Shown: in pieces, positions 51,226 to 60,231 of the stretch
Position numbering within the stretch: position 1 is the stretch's first letter
Layout: each line of letters starts with the position of its first letter
NCBI GenBank assembly: GCA_038061755.1
Contig: JBBTYN010000004.1
Location: 3,198 to 67,197, forward strand
Reading direction: 5' to 3'
DNA: 64,000 nucleotides
Source of the DNA: Patescibacteria group bacterium
GTDB lineage: Bacteria; Patescibacteriota; Minisyncoccia; Phycocordibacterales; UBA9973
Translations under genes and position numbers: made by a program
Notes under the pieces: generated by a model
What the model saw: the letters and a program-made list of their open reading frames with translations, nothing else
The model's database searches: none
Told to the model about the DNA's origin: nothing

Positions 51226-52588
51226 AATTTTAGAAAACACAATAAATCCATTAGACGGAAGATATTTTGATAAAACTCGGGTACTTGTGCCATATTTTTC
51301 AGAAGAGGCATTAATGAAATATCGAATAAGGGTGGAAACAGAATACCTAATTGCTTTATCTGAAAAGAAAATACTTCGCAAATTTACGCCAAATGAAATA
51401 AAAATAATTAGAAATCTTTATGAAAAATTTAACGAAAACTCATACAGAAAAATAAAAAAAATAGAAGCAACAACCAACCATGATGTAAAAGCAGTTGAAT
51501 ATTTAATAAAAAAAGAACTTTCCAAAACATCTTTAAAAGACAGCATTGAGTGGGTACATTTTGCCCTCACTTCCGAGGATACGAACAATCTGGCTTATGC
51601 TTTGATTTTATCTGATTCCTTAGATCAAGTTATTATTCCAGAAATAAATAAAATAATTTCTGAATTAAATGGTCTTGCAAAAAAATACAAAAATTTACCA
51701 ATGCTTGCTCGAACCCATGGGCAACCAGCATCACCAACTACTTTTGGAAAAGAAATGAGAGTTTTCGGAGCTCGTATAGAAAAAAGAGTTACTGGTCTAA
51801 AAAGTATAAAAATACAAGCTAAATTAGATGGAGCAAGCGGAAACTGGAATGCTCATACAGTAGCTTATCTAAATATAAATTGGATTGAATTCAGTAAAAA
51901 ATTTATTGAAAATTTTAATAAAGATCGCTCACAAAAACTCGAAGCAAATTTAATTACCACTCAGATTGAATGTCACGATAGTTATGTCGCAGTTTTCGAT
52001 GCATTAAGAATGATAAACACAATTCTATTAAACTTCAATCAAGACATGTGGAGATATATTTCTGATAATTGGATAACTCAAAAAACAAAGGAAGGGGAGA
52101 TCGGTTCTTCAACCATGCCACACAAAATAAATCCGATTGATTTTGAAAATAGTGAAGGGAATCTCGGTCTCGCAAATGCATTTTTTGAATTTTTTGCTAG
52201 AAAATTACCAATCTCACGTCTTCAACGCGATCTTTCAGATTCTACTGTAGAACGCGCTTTTGGCACGGCTTTTGGGCATTCATATTTATCTTATGTTTCT
52301 CTCCTCAAAGGATTAAGTAAAATCAATATAAATGAAATAAAGATAAAAGAGGATTTAAACAATCATCCAGAAGTAATTACTGAAGCTATTCAAACCATCT
52401 TGCGACGCGAAGGTGTAGCTATGCCATATGAAAAATTAAAAGAATTAACCCAAGGGAAACAAATTACACTTCTTGATATTCATAATTTTATTAATACGCT
52501 TGATGTAAGTGAAAAAATAAAAAAAGAACTTAAAAAAATTACTCCGGAAAATTATACCGGCCTTGCTTCAAAACTTGCTTCAAAGTAA
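51215..52588 (+). CDS. purB: adenylosuccinate lyase
   Basis: PLDGRY; TNHDVKAVEY; ARTHGQPA; GSSTMPHKINPIDFENSEGN. Confidence 0.98.
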   Translation: MKSKILENTINPLDGRYFDKTRVLVPYFSEEALMKYRIRVETEYLIALSEKKILRKFTPNEIKIIRNLYEKFNENSYRKIKKIEATTNHDVKAVEYLIKKELSKTSLKDSIEWVHFALTSEDTNNLAYALILSDSLDQVIIPEINKIISELNGLAKKYKNLPMLARTHGQPASPTTFGKEMRVFGARIEKRVTGLKSIKIQAKLDGASGNWNAHTVAYLNINWIEFSKKFIENFNKDRSQKLEANLITTQIECHDSYVAVFDALRMINTILLNFNQDMWRYISDNWITQKTKEGEIGSSTMPHKINPIDFENSEGNLGLANAFFEFFARKLPISRLQRDLSDSTVERAFGTAFGHSYLSYVSLLKGLSKININEIKIKEDLNNHPEVITEAIQTILRREGVAMPYEKLKELTQGKQITLLDIHNFINTLDVSEKIKKELKKITPENYTGLASKLASK

Positions 52589-52597
52589 GATAAGTAA

Positions 52598-52858
52598 ATG
52601 ATATACAGAATTTTAACTTCTCTTTTACTTTTATTTTCTATACTTTTTATGCCTTTCTGGATATCTGTTATTTTAGCATTAGCAAGTATGATTTATTTCT
52701 CCGTCTTTTGGGAAGTGACTGTTTTATTTCTTTTATCAGATTTACTTTTTGGAGTAAAAGAAGCAAAATTTTCGGGTGCAGTTTTTATTTCTTTTGTTTT
52801 TTCCATAATAATTCTTTTAATAATAGAGATTATAAAAAAGAAAACGCGATTTCGTTAA
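52598..52858 (+). CDS. small membrane protein upstream of PBP2 (possibly MreD-like)
   Basis: Very hydrophobic 86 aa; identity suggested by position only. Confidence 0.6.
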   Translation: MIYRILTSLLLLFSILFMPFWISVILALASMIYFSVFWEVTVLFLLSDLLFGVKEAKFSGAVFISFVFSIIILLIIEIIKKKTRFR

Positions 52859-52862
52859 ATCA

Positions 52863-54575
52863 ATGATAAAAAATAAATTAAAAAATAAAAATTCTTTTGT
52901 AGAACCCGACGAAATTTTTTTGGACTCAAAAAATTTACAAAATTTTGATCGCCAGCAATTTGAAGGACGAATAGAACGTCCCATCTCAAAAAAAACTATT
53001 TTAATGTTAAGTATTTTGTTTTTATTTTTTACAGGAATTTTTGGGATGCGTCTTTTTTATCTTCAAATACAAAAGGGAGAAATAAATTTTAACCGAAGTC
53101 AAAACAATATATTAGAAAAAACTATTATTTTTACGGATAGAGGGATAATTTACGATCGAAACAAAAAGGAATTAGTATGGAATAAAAAAGAAAATACAGA
53201 AACTGAATTCACCGTTGAAAACACAGCTCCAAACCCTCCCACTCGCGCATATTTATCACCAGGATTTTCACATCTTTTAGGCTACGTTAGCTATCCATCA
53301 AAAGATAGTACAGGAAATTATTGGCAAAGCGACTTTATAGGCAAAGACGGATTAGAAAAACAATATAATAACATATTAAAAGGTGAAAATGGAACAAAAA
53401 TAGTAGAAACAGATGCATTTGGAAAAATATATTCAGAAAATATTGTAAATACTCCAAAACAGGGAACTGATTTAATAACAACAATTGACGCACAATTACA
53501 GAAAGAACTATTTACCATTATTAAAAATCTGTCAGCAGATAGAACTTTTACCGGCGGGTCAGGAATAATAATGAATGCTATAAATGGAGAAATCATAACC
53601 ACTACAAGTTTTCCTGAATATAATTCGGAAGTTTTATCATTAGGAAAAGATGTATCAACAATTAATAACTACCTAACAGATAAAAAAAAAGTTTTTGTGG
53701 ATAAAAATATCTCAGGACTTTACACTCCAGGCTCAATCGTAAAACCTTTTTTTGCCTTAGGAGCTTTAGCAGAAGGGGTAATTGATCCATATAAAAAAAT
53801 CCTTTCAACGGGTTCCATTTCTATTCCAAATCCTTATTTTCTAGACCAAAAAACTGTTTTCAAAGACTGGCAAGTAAATGGTTGGACAAACATGATGGAG
53901 GCAATAGCAGTGTCTTCGGATATTTATTTTTATGAAATCGGAGGAGGATTTGAAAATCAAAAAGGACTTGGAATAACAAATATAGAAAAATATGCAAAAC
54001 TTTTTGGTTTTGGAGACAAAACTGGAATTGATTTACCAGATGAAAAAAAGGGGACAATACCAAACCCAGAATGGAAAGCTTTAAACTTTAAAAATGATCC
54101 TTGGCGCATCGGAGACACTTATCATACCGCCATTGGACAATACGGATTTCAAGTGACTCCGATAGAGATGGTTCGCGCGGTAGCAACTATCGCTAATAAA
54201 GGTAAAATATTAACTCCTCACTTAATATTAAATAACGTAGAAAAAGAAAATCAAAATACTATACTAAATTTAAATAAAGAATATTTTGATATAATTCATC
54301 AAGGGATGAGGTTAGCAGTAACTTCTGGAACTGCTGTATCACTAAACGTACCATACATACAAGTTGCCGCCAAGACTGGTACAGCACAAGTTAATTTGGC
54401 AAAAAATAAAGTGAACTCTTGGGTTATTGGTTTCTTTCCGTACCAAAATCCAAAATATGCTTTTGCAATAATGATGGAATCGGGACCATCCACTACCGGC
54501 AGTAGCGCAGCTACGTCAATTATGCGCCAACTTTTAGACTGGATGTCTGTAAATACTCCAGAATACTTTAAATAA
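52863..54575 (+). CDS. mrdA: penicillin-binding protein 2 (class B)
   Basis: RGIIYDRN; PGSIVK (SxxK); SSD; KTGTAQ. Confidence 0.93.
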   Translation: MIKNKLKNKNSFVEPDEIFLDSKNLQNFDRQQFEGRIERPISKKTILMLSILFLFFTGIFGMRLFYLQIQKGEINFNRSQNNILEKTIIFTDRGIIYDRNKKELVWNKKENTETEFTVENTAPNPPTRAYLSPGFSHLLGYVSYPSKDSTGNYWQSDFIGKDGLEKQYNNILKGENGTKIVETDAFGKIYSENIVNTPKQGTDLITTIDAQLQKELFTIIKNLSADRTFTGGSGIIMNAINGEIITTTSFPEYNSEVLSLGKDVSTINNYLTDKKKVFVDKNISGLYTPGSIVKPFFALGALAEGVIDPYKKILSTGSISIPNPYFLDQKTVFKDWQVNGWTNMMEAIAVSSDIYFYEIGGGFENQKGLGITNIEKYAKLFGFGDKTGIDLPDEKKGTIPNPEWKALNFKNDPWRIGDTYHTAIGQYGFQVTPIEMVRAVATIANKGKILTPHLILNNVEKENQNTILNLNKEYFDIIHQGMRLAVTSGTAVSLNVPYIQVAAKTGTAQVNLAKNKVNSWVIGFFPYQNPKYAFAIMMESGPSTTGSSAATSIMRQLLDWMSVNTPEYFK

Positions 54576-54621
54576 CTTAATAAACTTGCATATGCCCGTA
54601 CTTTATTGATACAATATACTT

Positions 54622-54855
54622 ATGCAAAAAGCACGTATATTTTTATTTTTAGGCATTTGGATAACGGTGTTGCCATATTTAGGTTTTCCATATTCTTGGA
54701 AAGATATATTAACAACTCTTTCTGGACTTGGAATTATTTATATAAGTTTTATGTTATATAAAGAATTTAAAACAGAAGGAACAAAAAAAGAAAAAACTTT
54801 TGATAATTTTAGAGAAAATGATTTTAGAGAAGAATCTAAGAAAGAAGAAATATAA
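54622..54855 (+). CDS. small membrane protein
   Basis: LPYLGFP two-TM motif; TG-n-TACAAT 6 nt before ATG. Confidence 0.7.
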   Translation: MQKARIFLFLGIWITVLPYLGFPYSWKDILTTLSGLGIIYISFMLYKEFKTEGTKKEKTFDNFRENDFREESKKEEI

Positions 54856-54866
54856 TATATAATCTT

Positions 54867-56096
54867 ATGCAAAATTTTTTAAAAACAAAACGTATTGCTA
54901 TTGTTTTTCTTTTTATTTCTTTGTTTTTTCTTACTTTTATTGTAGGTGTTTATACTGGCAACTCAAATCGACCTGAGATAGATAAAATCATAGGTATTTC
55001 TAATAAAGAAACACAAGTTATGACAAAGACAGACTTTTCTCCATTTTGGAAAGTTTGGAATACTATTAATGAGAAAAATCCATCTGCTAGTAAAATAACT
55101 GACCAAGATAAAGTATATGGAGCAATTGGAGGGCTTGTAAGCTCATTAAACGACCCATATAGCGTATTTTTCACACCAAACGAGACAAAGTCTTTTGAGG
55201 AAGAAATAGCTGGTAATTTTGATGGTATTGGTATGGAAGTTGGAATGAAGGATAAAATTCTTACTGTCATCGCTCCACTTAAAAATACTCCTGCCTATAG
55301 GGCAAATATTAAATCTGGTGATAAAATTCTAAAGATTGATACAATTGTTACTTCTGGATTAAATATTGAAAAAGCAATTAAATTGATACGAGGACCCAAA
55401 GGAACAACTGTCACACTCACAATTTTTAGAGAGGGAAGTCAGAAACCAGAAGAAATAAAAATCGTGCGAGATTCTATAAATATACCAACTCTAGATACAG
55501 AATTAAGAAAAGATGGAATTTTTGTGATTAAACTTTATAGTTTTTCTGCTAATTCTACTAATCTTTTCCGTAATGCGATGAAACAATTTGTAGAATCTGG
55601 AACTGATAAACTTTTGCTTGATTTGCGAGGAAATCCTGGTGGCTACCTGGATGCATCTGTGGATATAGCAAGCTGGTTCTTAAAAGAGGGAAAAATTGTA
55701 GTGACTGAAGACTACGGCAATAGTAAAACAGCAGAAATATTTAGAAGTAAGGGTTATAATATTTTTAATGAAAAATTAAAATTTATAATTTTAATTGATA
55801 GTGGTTCTGCCTCAGCTTCTGAAATTCTCGCAGGCGCAATGCGAGACAATGGGCGAGCAAAATTAGTAGGAAGTCAAAGTTTCGGTAAAGGATCAGTACA
55901 AGAAGTTATTAATGTAACTCCAGATACGATTTTGAAAATTACAGTAGCAAAATGGCTAACACCTAATGGAACTTCTATTTCTGAAAAAGGCCTAACTCCA
56001 GACTATCCTGTAGAAATTACTCAAAAAGATCTAGATGCAAAAATAGATCCACAATTAAATAAAGCCGTGCAATTATTACTAGCAACTAGAACCTAG
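54867..56096 (+). CDS. ctpA: carboxyl-terminal processing protease (S41A, PDZ)
   Basis: DPYS; DLRGNPGG; SASASEI; FGKGSVQ. Confidence 0.95.
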   Translation: MQNFLKTKRIAIVFLFISLFFLTFIVGVYTGNSNRPEIDKIIGISNKETQVMTKTDFSPFWKVWNTINEKNPSASKITDQDKVYGAIGGLVSSLNDPYSVFFTPNETKSFEEEIAGNFDGIGMEVGMKDKILTVIAPLKNTPAYRANIKSGDKILKIDTIVTSGLNIEKAIKLIRGPKGTTVTLTIFREGSQKPEEIKIVRDSINIPTLDTELRKDGIFVIKLYSFSANSTNLFRNAMKQFVESGTDKLLLDLRGNPGGYLDASVDIASWFLKEGKIVVTEDYGNSKTAEIFRSKGYNIFNEKLKFIILIDSGSASASEILAGAMRDNGRAKLVGSQSFGKGSVQEVINVTPDTILKITVAKWLTPNGTSISEKGLTPDYPVEITQKDLDAKIDPQLNKAVQLLLATRT

Positions 56097-56106
56097 CACC
56101 TAATTT

Positions 56107-56550
56107 ATGAAAGTAATATTTTTACAAGATGTACCAAGAGTTGGTAAAAGACATGCTGTAAAAGATGTTAATGATGGCTACGCCATGAATTTTCTAATTC
56201 CAAGAAAATTAGCTGAACTTGCAACATTAAAAGCAGTGGCAGAACTTGAAATTCAAAAAAAAGAAATTGTTATTGAAAGGGAAGTACAAGAGAGTTTACT
56301 CTTAAAAAATTTAGAAGAAATAAAAGGCAAAACTATCATTATAAAAGCTAAAGCGGATAAAAAAGGGCATTTGTTTTCTGGTATCAAAAATAAAGAAATA
56401 GTGGAAGAAATGAAAAAACAACATCACGCCGACATCAGCGAAGAATTTATTGTCTTAGAAAAACCGATTAAAGAAATAGGGGAGTTTGAAATCCCAATTT
56501 CCATAAAAGACAAAAAGTCTTCATTTAAGCTTATAGTGGAGAAAACTTAA
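56107..56550 (+). CDS. rplI: 50S ribosomal protein L9
   Basis: MKVIFLQDV; [10 protein letters not shown]. Confidence 0.96.
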   Translation: MKVIFLQDVPRVGKRHAVKDVNDGYAMNFLIPRKLAELATLKAVAELEIQKKEIVIEREVQESLLLKNLEEIKGKTIIIKAKADKKGHLFSGIKNKEIVEEMKKQHHADISEEFIVLEKPIKEIGEFEIPISIKDKKSSFKLIVEKT

Positions 56551-56822
56551 ATTATTACATTTACTACTTTTTTGACAACCATATTGCCGTTGAAGGATGT
56601 TTTGCGTTTAGAGCCGAATTTGACTATGCCGTCTTTGAGTGCGAAAAGGGTATGATCCTTGCCTGTGGATACATTTGTACCAGCCATAATAGCCGTACCA
56701 CGCTGACGAACTATAATAGAGCCAGATTGAGCCTTCTGACCGCCAGAAAGCTTTATTCCAAGGTATTGTGGATTCGAATCTCTTAAGTTTTTCGCGGTTC
56801 CTCCCGCTTTTCTATGTGCCAT
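56547..56822 (-). CDS. rpmA: 50S ribosomal protein L27
   Basis: MAHRKAGG; IIVRQRG; GKDHTLFAL. Confidence 0.98.
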   Translation of the reverse strand: MAHRKAGGTAKNLRDSNPQYLGIKLSGGQKAQSGSIIVRQRGTAIMAGTNVSTGKDHTLFALKDGIVKFGSKRKTSFNGNMVVKKVVNVII

Positions 56823-56844
56823 AAAATATAGTATAATTTATTTT

Positions 56845-57225
56845 ATGGAAAAAATCAAGTCATTTATAGAGAGTGAGAAAGGGAAAGATATTTTGATAGT
56901 TCTCATTGTTATTTTGGTTGGTTTAGGATCATTTGAGCTAGGTAGGCTATCAAAAGAAAATGACTCGGGAAGCATAAAAATAGAATATCCGAATCAAGAT
57001 TTCAACCAAGAAGCCAGCACTATTTCAGCTATAAGTAATGTGCCAAAGACAGTCTTTGATACAAATTCATTTAGAAAAACTTTTTTCGCTTCAAGCAAGG
57101 GAACTAAATATTATACAATAAGCTGTTCTGCCGGTAAAACTATCAAACAAGAAAACAGAGTTTATTTTACAACAGGGGAGGAGGCGCAAGCGGCCGGGTA
57201 TACTCTTTCTAGCTCGTGTCAATAA
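56845..57225 (+). CDS. membrane-anchored protein with Ada-like metal-binding C-terminus
   Basis: TM then ASSKGTKYY..C......I...N...F...EEA..AGY...C. Confidence 0.7.
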   Translation: MEKIKSFIESEKGKDILIVLIVILVGLGSFELGRLSKENDSGSIKIEYPNQDFNQEASTISAISNVPKTVFDTNSFRKTFFASSKGTKYYTISCSAGKTIKQENRVYFTTGEEAQAAGYTLSSSCQ

Positions 57226-57254
57226 AAATAATATTGTTTGTAGTATGGTAATAA

Positions 57255-58232
57255 TTATTTATTATCAAATTCCTTTCCTCCATGAAATTTTTCATGTATA
57301 TCTCTTAGTCCCTTATTTGTTACGTGAGTATAAATCTGTGTTGTGGCCACATTTTTATGACCTAAAAGCTCCTGCACGCTTCGTAAATCAGCTCCATGAC
57401 TCAAAAGATCAGTAGCATAACTATGGCGAAGTGTGTGAGGTGTTACTTTTTTTGAAATTCCTGCAAGCATTGCACATCTTGAAATCATCTTCTGTATTGA
57501 ACGGGGAGTAAGTCTATGATCATCATCTATATCTTTTCCGTGATAATTTATAAATAAAGGCTTCTGAATATCTGTTCTAGATGCTAGATAGATCCGAAGC
57601 CATAAAGCCGCACGAGGGGAAATAAAAATGGTTCGTATATGTTTTCCTTTTCCAACAATAGAAAGCTCAAAGGTGCGCTTCGGATTTTTATCTTTTAAAA
57701 ATGACATCTGGTCTACATTGATTGCTACCAATTCCGAAATACGCATACCGGATGAAAAAAACAGTTCCATAATTGTACGATCCCGAAGGCCAATAGAGGT
57801 TTTTATGTCAGGAATCTTTAACATCTCTTCAATGTCGCGGACTTCTAGAAAAGAAATAGTTTCGTCGGTTTTTTGCTTGGCTAATTTCACCTTAGAGGAA
57901 GATATTGTCTCTATGTCGCGGTCAGCGAGAAAGTCAAGAAGCGCACGTACTGCAATCAAGTAATAATTTTGAGATTTTTTACCTAAATATTCACCAGAAC
58001 GGGTTTTATAACTTCGAGCTAAATATAATCGATAATCCCAAATATGGTTTGCTGTTAAATCATGCGGGAGTAAATCTTCATTATTAGTTTTCTTTAGCCA
58101 ATCAATAAATAGTTTTAGATACTGTTTATAATTACGTTGTGTATTGCTAGATAATCCTTTTTCAATCTCACAGTAATCAAGAAAGGGAAGGATGTATTTG
58201 ACTATTGGTTGAATCGTTTTCTTTGTCTCCAT
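57255..58232 (-). CDS. tyrosine recombinase, XerC/XerD family
   Basis: GMRISE; GKG; HTLRHSYAT; LLGH; TQIY; likely start METKK at 58232. Confidence 0.93.
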   Translation of the reverse strand: METKKTIQPIVKYILPFLDYCEIEKGLSSNTQRNYKQYLKLFIDWLKKTNNEDLLPHDLTANHIWDYRLYLARSYKTRSGEYLGKKSQNYYLIAVRALLDFLADRDIETISSSKVKLAKQKTDETISFLEVRDIEEMLKIPDIKTSIGLRDRTIMELFFSSGMRISELVAINVDQMSFLKDKNPKRTFELSIVGKGKHIRTIFISPRAALWLRIYLASRTDIQKPLFINYHGKDIDDDHRLTPRSIQKMISRCAMLAGISKKVTPHTLRHSYATDLLSHGADLRSVQELLGHKNVATTQIYTHVTNKGLRDIHEKFHGGKEFDNK

Positions 58233-58247
58233 ATGATATAGTATAGT

Positions 58248-58275
58248 AGTTCGCACAATATATGTAAAGCGAATA
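58248..58275. other. putative dif-like recombination site (11-6-11)
   Basis: AGTTCGCACAA TATATG TAAAGCGAATA; left arm resembles the XerC arm GGTGCGCATAA. Confidence 0.55.
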
Positions 58276-58395
58276 ACTATTCGCTTTACATAACGCAGAT
58301 TTTACGACACCGAAGGTTCGTAATAATCTGCTCAAAGCGAACTTATCCACATATATAAATATATTCTATATATTAACAAGTCCCTTCCCAGATTA

Positions 58396-58719
58396 CTACT
58401 GAATTTTTAGATTATTAGCTGCATTATCAAAATCTGTGGGCTTTCCATCACGAATACGCTCCATGTTGGAAATAAAACCTTTCCAAAAAATATTTACCCA
58501 GACATCATTCCAGAGATACGAAGCCGGCTCCGCTAAATATGTAATCCATAAACTTTTAGTCCCCTCCTTGACATAATTTACATTTTCTTGGCCAGTCGGA
58601 CTATTAACAACAGATTTAATACTTATATTAAAATAACTAAGAATTAAAATAAGAATAATCCCAAAAACAAGAAATCCTAATATACTTATTCCATCTTGCT
58701 TGTTATTATTGTTTTTCAT
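58396..58719 (-). CDS. small membrane protein, pilin-like N-terminus
   Basis: KQDG followed by a hydrophobic stretch. Confidence 0.65.
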   Translation of the reverse strand: MKNNNNKQDGISILGFLVFGIILILILSYFNISIKSVVNSPTGQENVNYVKEGTKSLWITYLAEPASYLWNDVWVNIFWKGFISNMERIRDGKPTDFDNAANNLKIQ

Positions 58720-58728
58720 AAGCATAAT

Positions 58729-58884
58729 TTATTTTAAAACACTTCCAAAAAACGATGAAAACCAATTGAAAACTCCAGAAATAGTTATCCCGAAATATTT
58801 CATTATAAGTAAAGCAACAATAATAAGAATTATAATTTGTAAAAAACCACTTTGTTTCCCACCACGGCAAGTAAAATTTTTCAT
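58729..58884 (-). CDS. 51-aa membrane peptide, pilin-like N-terminus; not in ORF track
   Basis: MKNFTCRGGKQSGFLQIIILIIVALLIMKYFGITISGVFNWFSSFFGSVLK; TG-n-TAAAAT 6 nt upstream. Confidence 0.6.
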   Translation of the reverse strand: MKNFTCRGGKQSGFLQIIILIIVALLIMKYFGITISGVFNWFSSFFGSVLK

Positions 58885-58929
58885 ACTTTTATTTTATCAC
58901 ATTAAATTTGATTAAGACAATGTTGTAAG

Positions 58930-60231
58930 TTATTTAAACATGCTTGGATTTGTAAAAGGTAAATAATACATTGGGTCAAGATAAGCATTTATAGGAGCAA
59001 GAGGCTGAGTTAATATCCTTCCAGGACAAGATTTACTAGGAATACTTTTCACCTCAACAGCATTAGGAGCATAGACTGTAACATGTAGATGTGGCCCCGT
59101 AGAATAGCCTGTATTGCCACTATAACCTACTTCTGTGCCCCTTTCTACTCTATTCCCCACCCCTACTTTAATCAAAGATAAATGCCCATAAGCACTAGAT
59201 AAGCCATTGTCATATTTAATAAAGACAAATTTACCAAAAGAAACACCCGGACATTGTGCATCAGTATCTCCAGTTCCAGCCACCACCCCTCCTGCCATAG
59301 ATTTAACGGGTGTACCAATGGCAGCTCTAAAATCTACTCCACCATGAGAACCAGAAACATATAGCCTTTTTGAATCTACGGTTCTTCCGAAAAGTTGGGT
59401 TATAAAAATGTAATCAAATGGCCAAGAAAATACTCCAGCATTAGGTAATTTAGATGGGTCTAAAATATATTTAAGTTGTGACTCATAATCACGCAGTTCT
59501 TTTTCTAATGCGTCTTTTTGAGCTAACCGATCTTTTAAAATCTTTTGGTAATTAGCTTCGCTATTCTTTGTTTGTTTCAAAAGTTTATTCTTTTCATTTG
59601 TATTTTGCACAACTATTTTCCGCTGATCAGAAAGTTGGGAATAAAGCTTAGTAAGTTGGTTTTTAGCATTAATAGTTTGCTGTCGGGTATTTTCTAATTC
59701 ACTTTTAACTTGTTTTAAATTAAAAATGTTTTCTCTGATTTTATTGCGCACGCTCACAATATTATCAATATCGTTCCAGACAACAGTAAAATTATTTTGG
59801 GATAATAGTGTTTGCAGTATCCCATTCTGTTCTGTTTCGTTCATTTGCTTAATACCCAGCCTAATTGCTTCTGTATCATTGTTTATATGATCTTGCTTGT
59901 TGCCTATATCAGAACTTAGGTTTTGTATTGTAAGATTTGTTTTATCAATTTTATTTTGGGTAACGGCAATGTCCGCATTTAATTTTTTTTTAGTTAAATC
60001 AAGTTGTTTTAAAGAGCTATTTAAAGAAGTTTTCTGCTGACCTAGATCGTTTAGTTGTGCTTGATAAGCAACTATTTCTTGTTCTAATTTTTGGATGTCA
60101 GAATCTTTTTGATTTATTTTATTTTGAATTTCCTGAGCAGTTACTGCATAAGAAAAAGCTATCGGAATTAGAAGTAATGAAAATAAAACTATTATATTAA
60201 ATAGCTTTTTGTAATCTGGAAATAGTTTCAT
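58930..60231 (-). CDS. M23 peptidoglycan endopeptidase with long coiled coil
   Basis: HGGVD; YGHLS; GNTGYSTGPHLH. Confidence 0.9.
   Translation of the reverse strand: MKLFPDYKKLFNIIVLFSLLLIPIAFSYAVTAQEIQNKINQKDSDIQKLEQEIVAYQAQLNDLGQQKTSLNSSLKQLDLTKKKLNADIAVTQNKIDKTNLTIQNLSSDIGNKQDHINNDTEAIRLGIKQMNETEQNGILQTLLSQNNFTVVWNDIDNIVSVRNKIRENIFNLKQVKSELENTRQQTINAKNQLTKLYSQLSDQRKIVVQNTNEKNKLLKQTKNSEANYQKILKDRLAQKDALEKELRDYESQLKYILDPSKLPNAGVFSWPFDYIFITQLFGRTVDSKRLYVSGSHGGVDFRAAIGTPVKSMAGGVVAGTGDTDAQCPGVSFGKFVFIKYDNGLSSAYGHLSLIKVGVGNRVERGTEVGYSGNTGYSTGPHLHVTVYAPNAVEVKSIPSKSCPGRILTQPLAPINAYLDPMYYLPFTNPSMFK

Noticed and set aside
58343-58351. oriC from DnaA box TTATCCACA
   Set aside because: Single box with no dnaA/dnaN nearby, and gene orientation converges here rather than diverging; another perfect box lies inside purF (39943-39951)
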